Part shown: positions 7,246 through 7,299 of the stretch, piece after piece | Numbering within the stretch: position 1 is the stretch's first letter | Layout of the letters: the number at the start of each line of letters is the position of its first letter | Assembly (NCBI GenBank): GCA_963693365.1 | Contig: CAVNZM010000112.1 | Coordinates: 1 to 7,299 of the forward strand | Direction: 5' to 3' | DNA: 7,299 nucleotides | Origin: Amoebidium appalachense | Taxonomy: Eukaryota; Protista; Ichthyosporea | Notes under the pieces: generated by a model | Told to the model about the DNA's origin: nothing | The model's input: the letters and a program-made list of their open reading frames with translations, nothing else | Databases searched by the model: none | Program-made: the position numbers and the translations under genes

Positions 7246-7297
7246 ATAACACAAACTGAGAAGATCTTACCATATGTAAATACTACTTATTACAACA
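7246..7297 (-). mobile_element. 52-bp terminal fragment of the same LTR family as 3700-4633
   Basis: 49/52 identical to 4582-4633, ending in the same TATTACAACA terminus. Confidence 0.88.
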
Positions 7298-7299
7298 GG

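Overview
Eukaryotic, transposon-dense window with no host gene. From left to right: simple repeats (T30, (TG)n), then a ~1.5-kb non-coding AT-rich tract (~612-2127) with 23 exact GATATC palindromes and many variants spaced mostly 11 bp apart. Next is the 3' half of a Ty1/copia LTR retrotransposon: linker, RT and RNase H with one frameshift, a polypurine tract, and a probable 3' LTR at 5494-6207. Its RNase H is split by an antisense 934-bp solo LTR (3700-4633, TGTT...AACA, perfect 5-bp TSD GCTGC). The copia LTR abuts the C-terminal part of a tyrosine recombinase, followed by B1-A2-B2 split direct repeats. This is the 3' end of a DIRS-order (Ngaro/PAT-type) retrotransposon, which in turn abuts a 52-bp end of the same LTR family as the solo LTR. 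The locus reads as a multi-layer nested insertion. The phased GATATC array is the least explained part.
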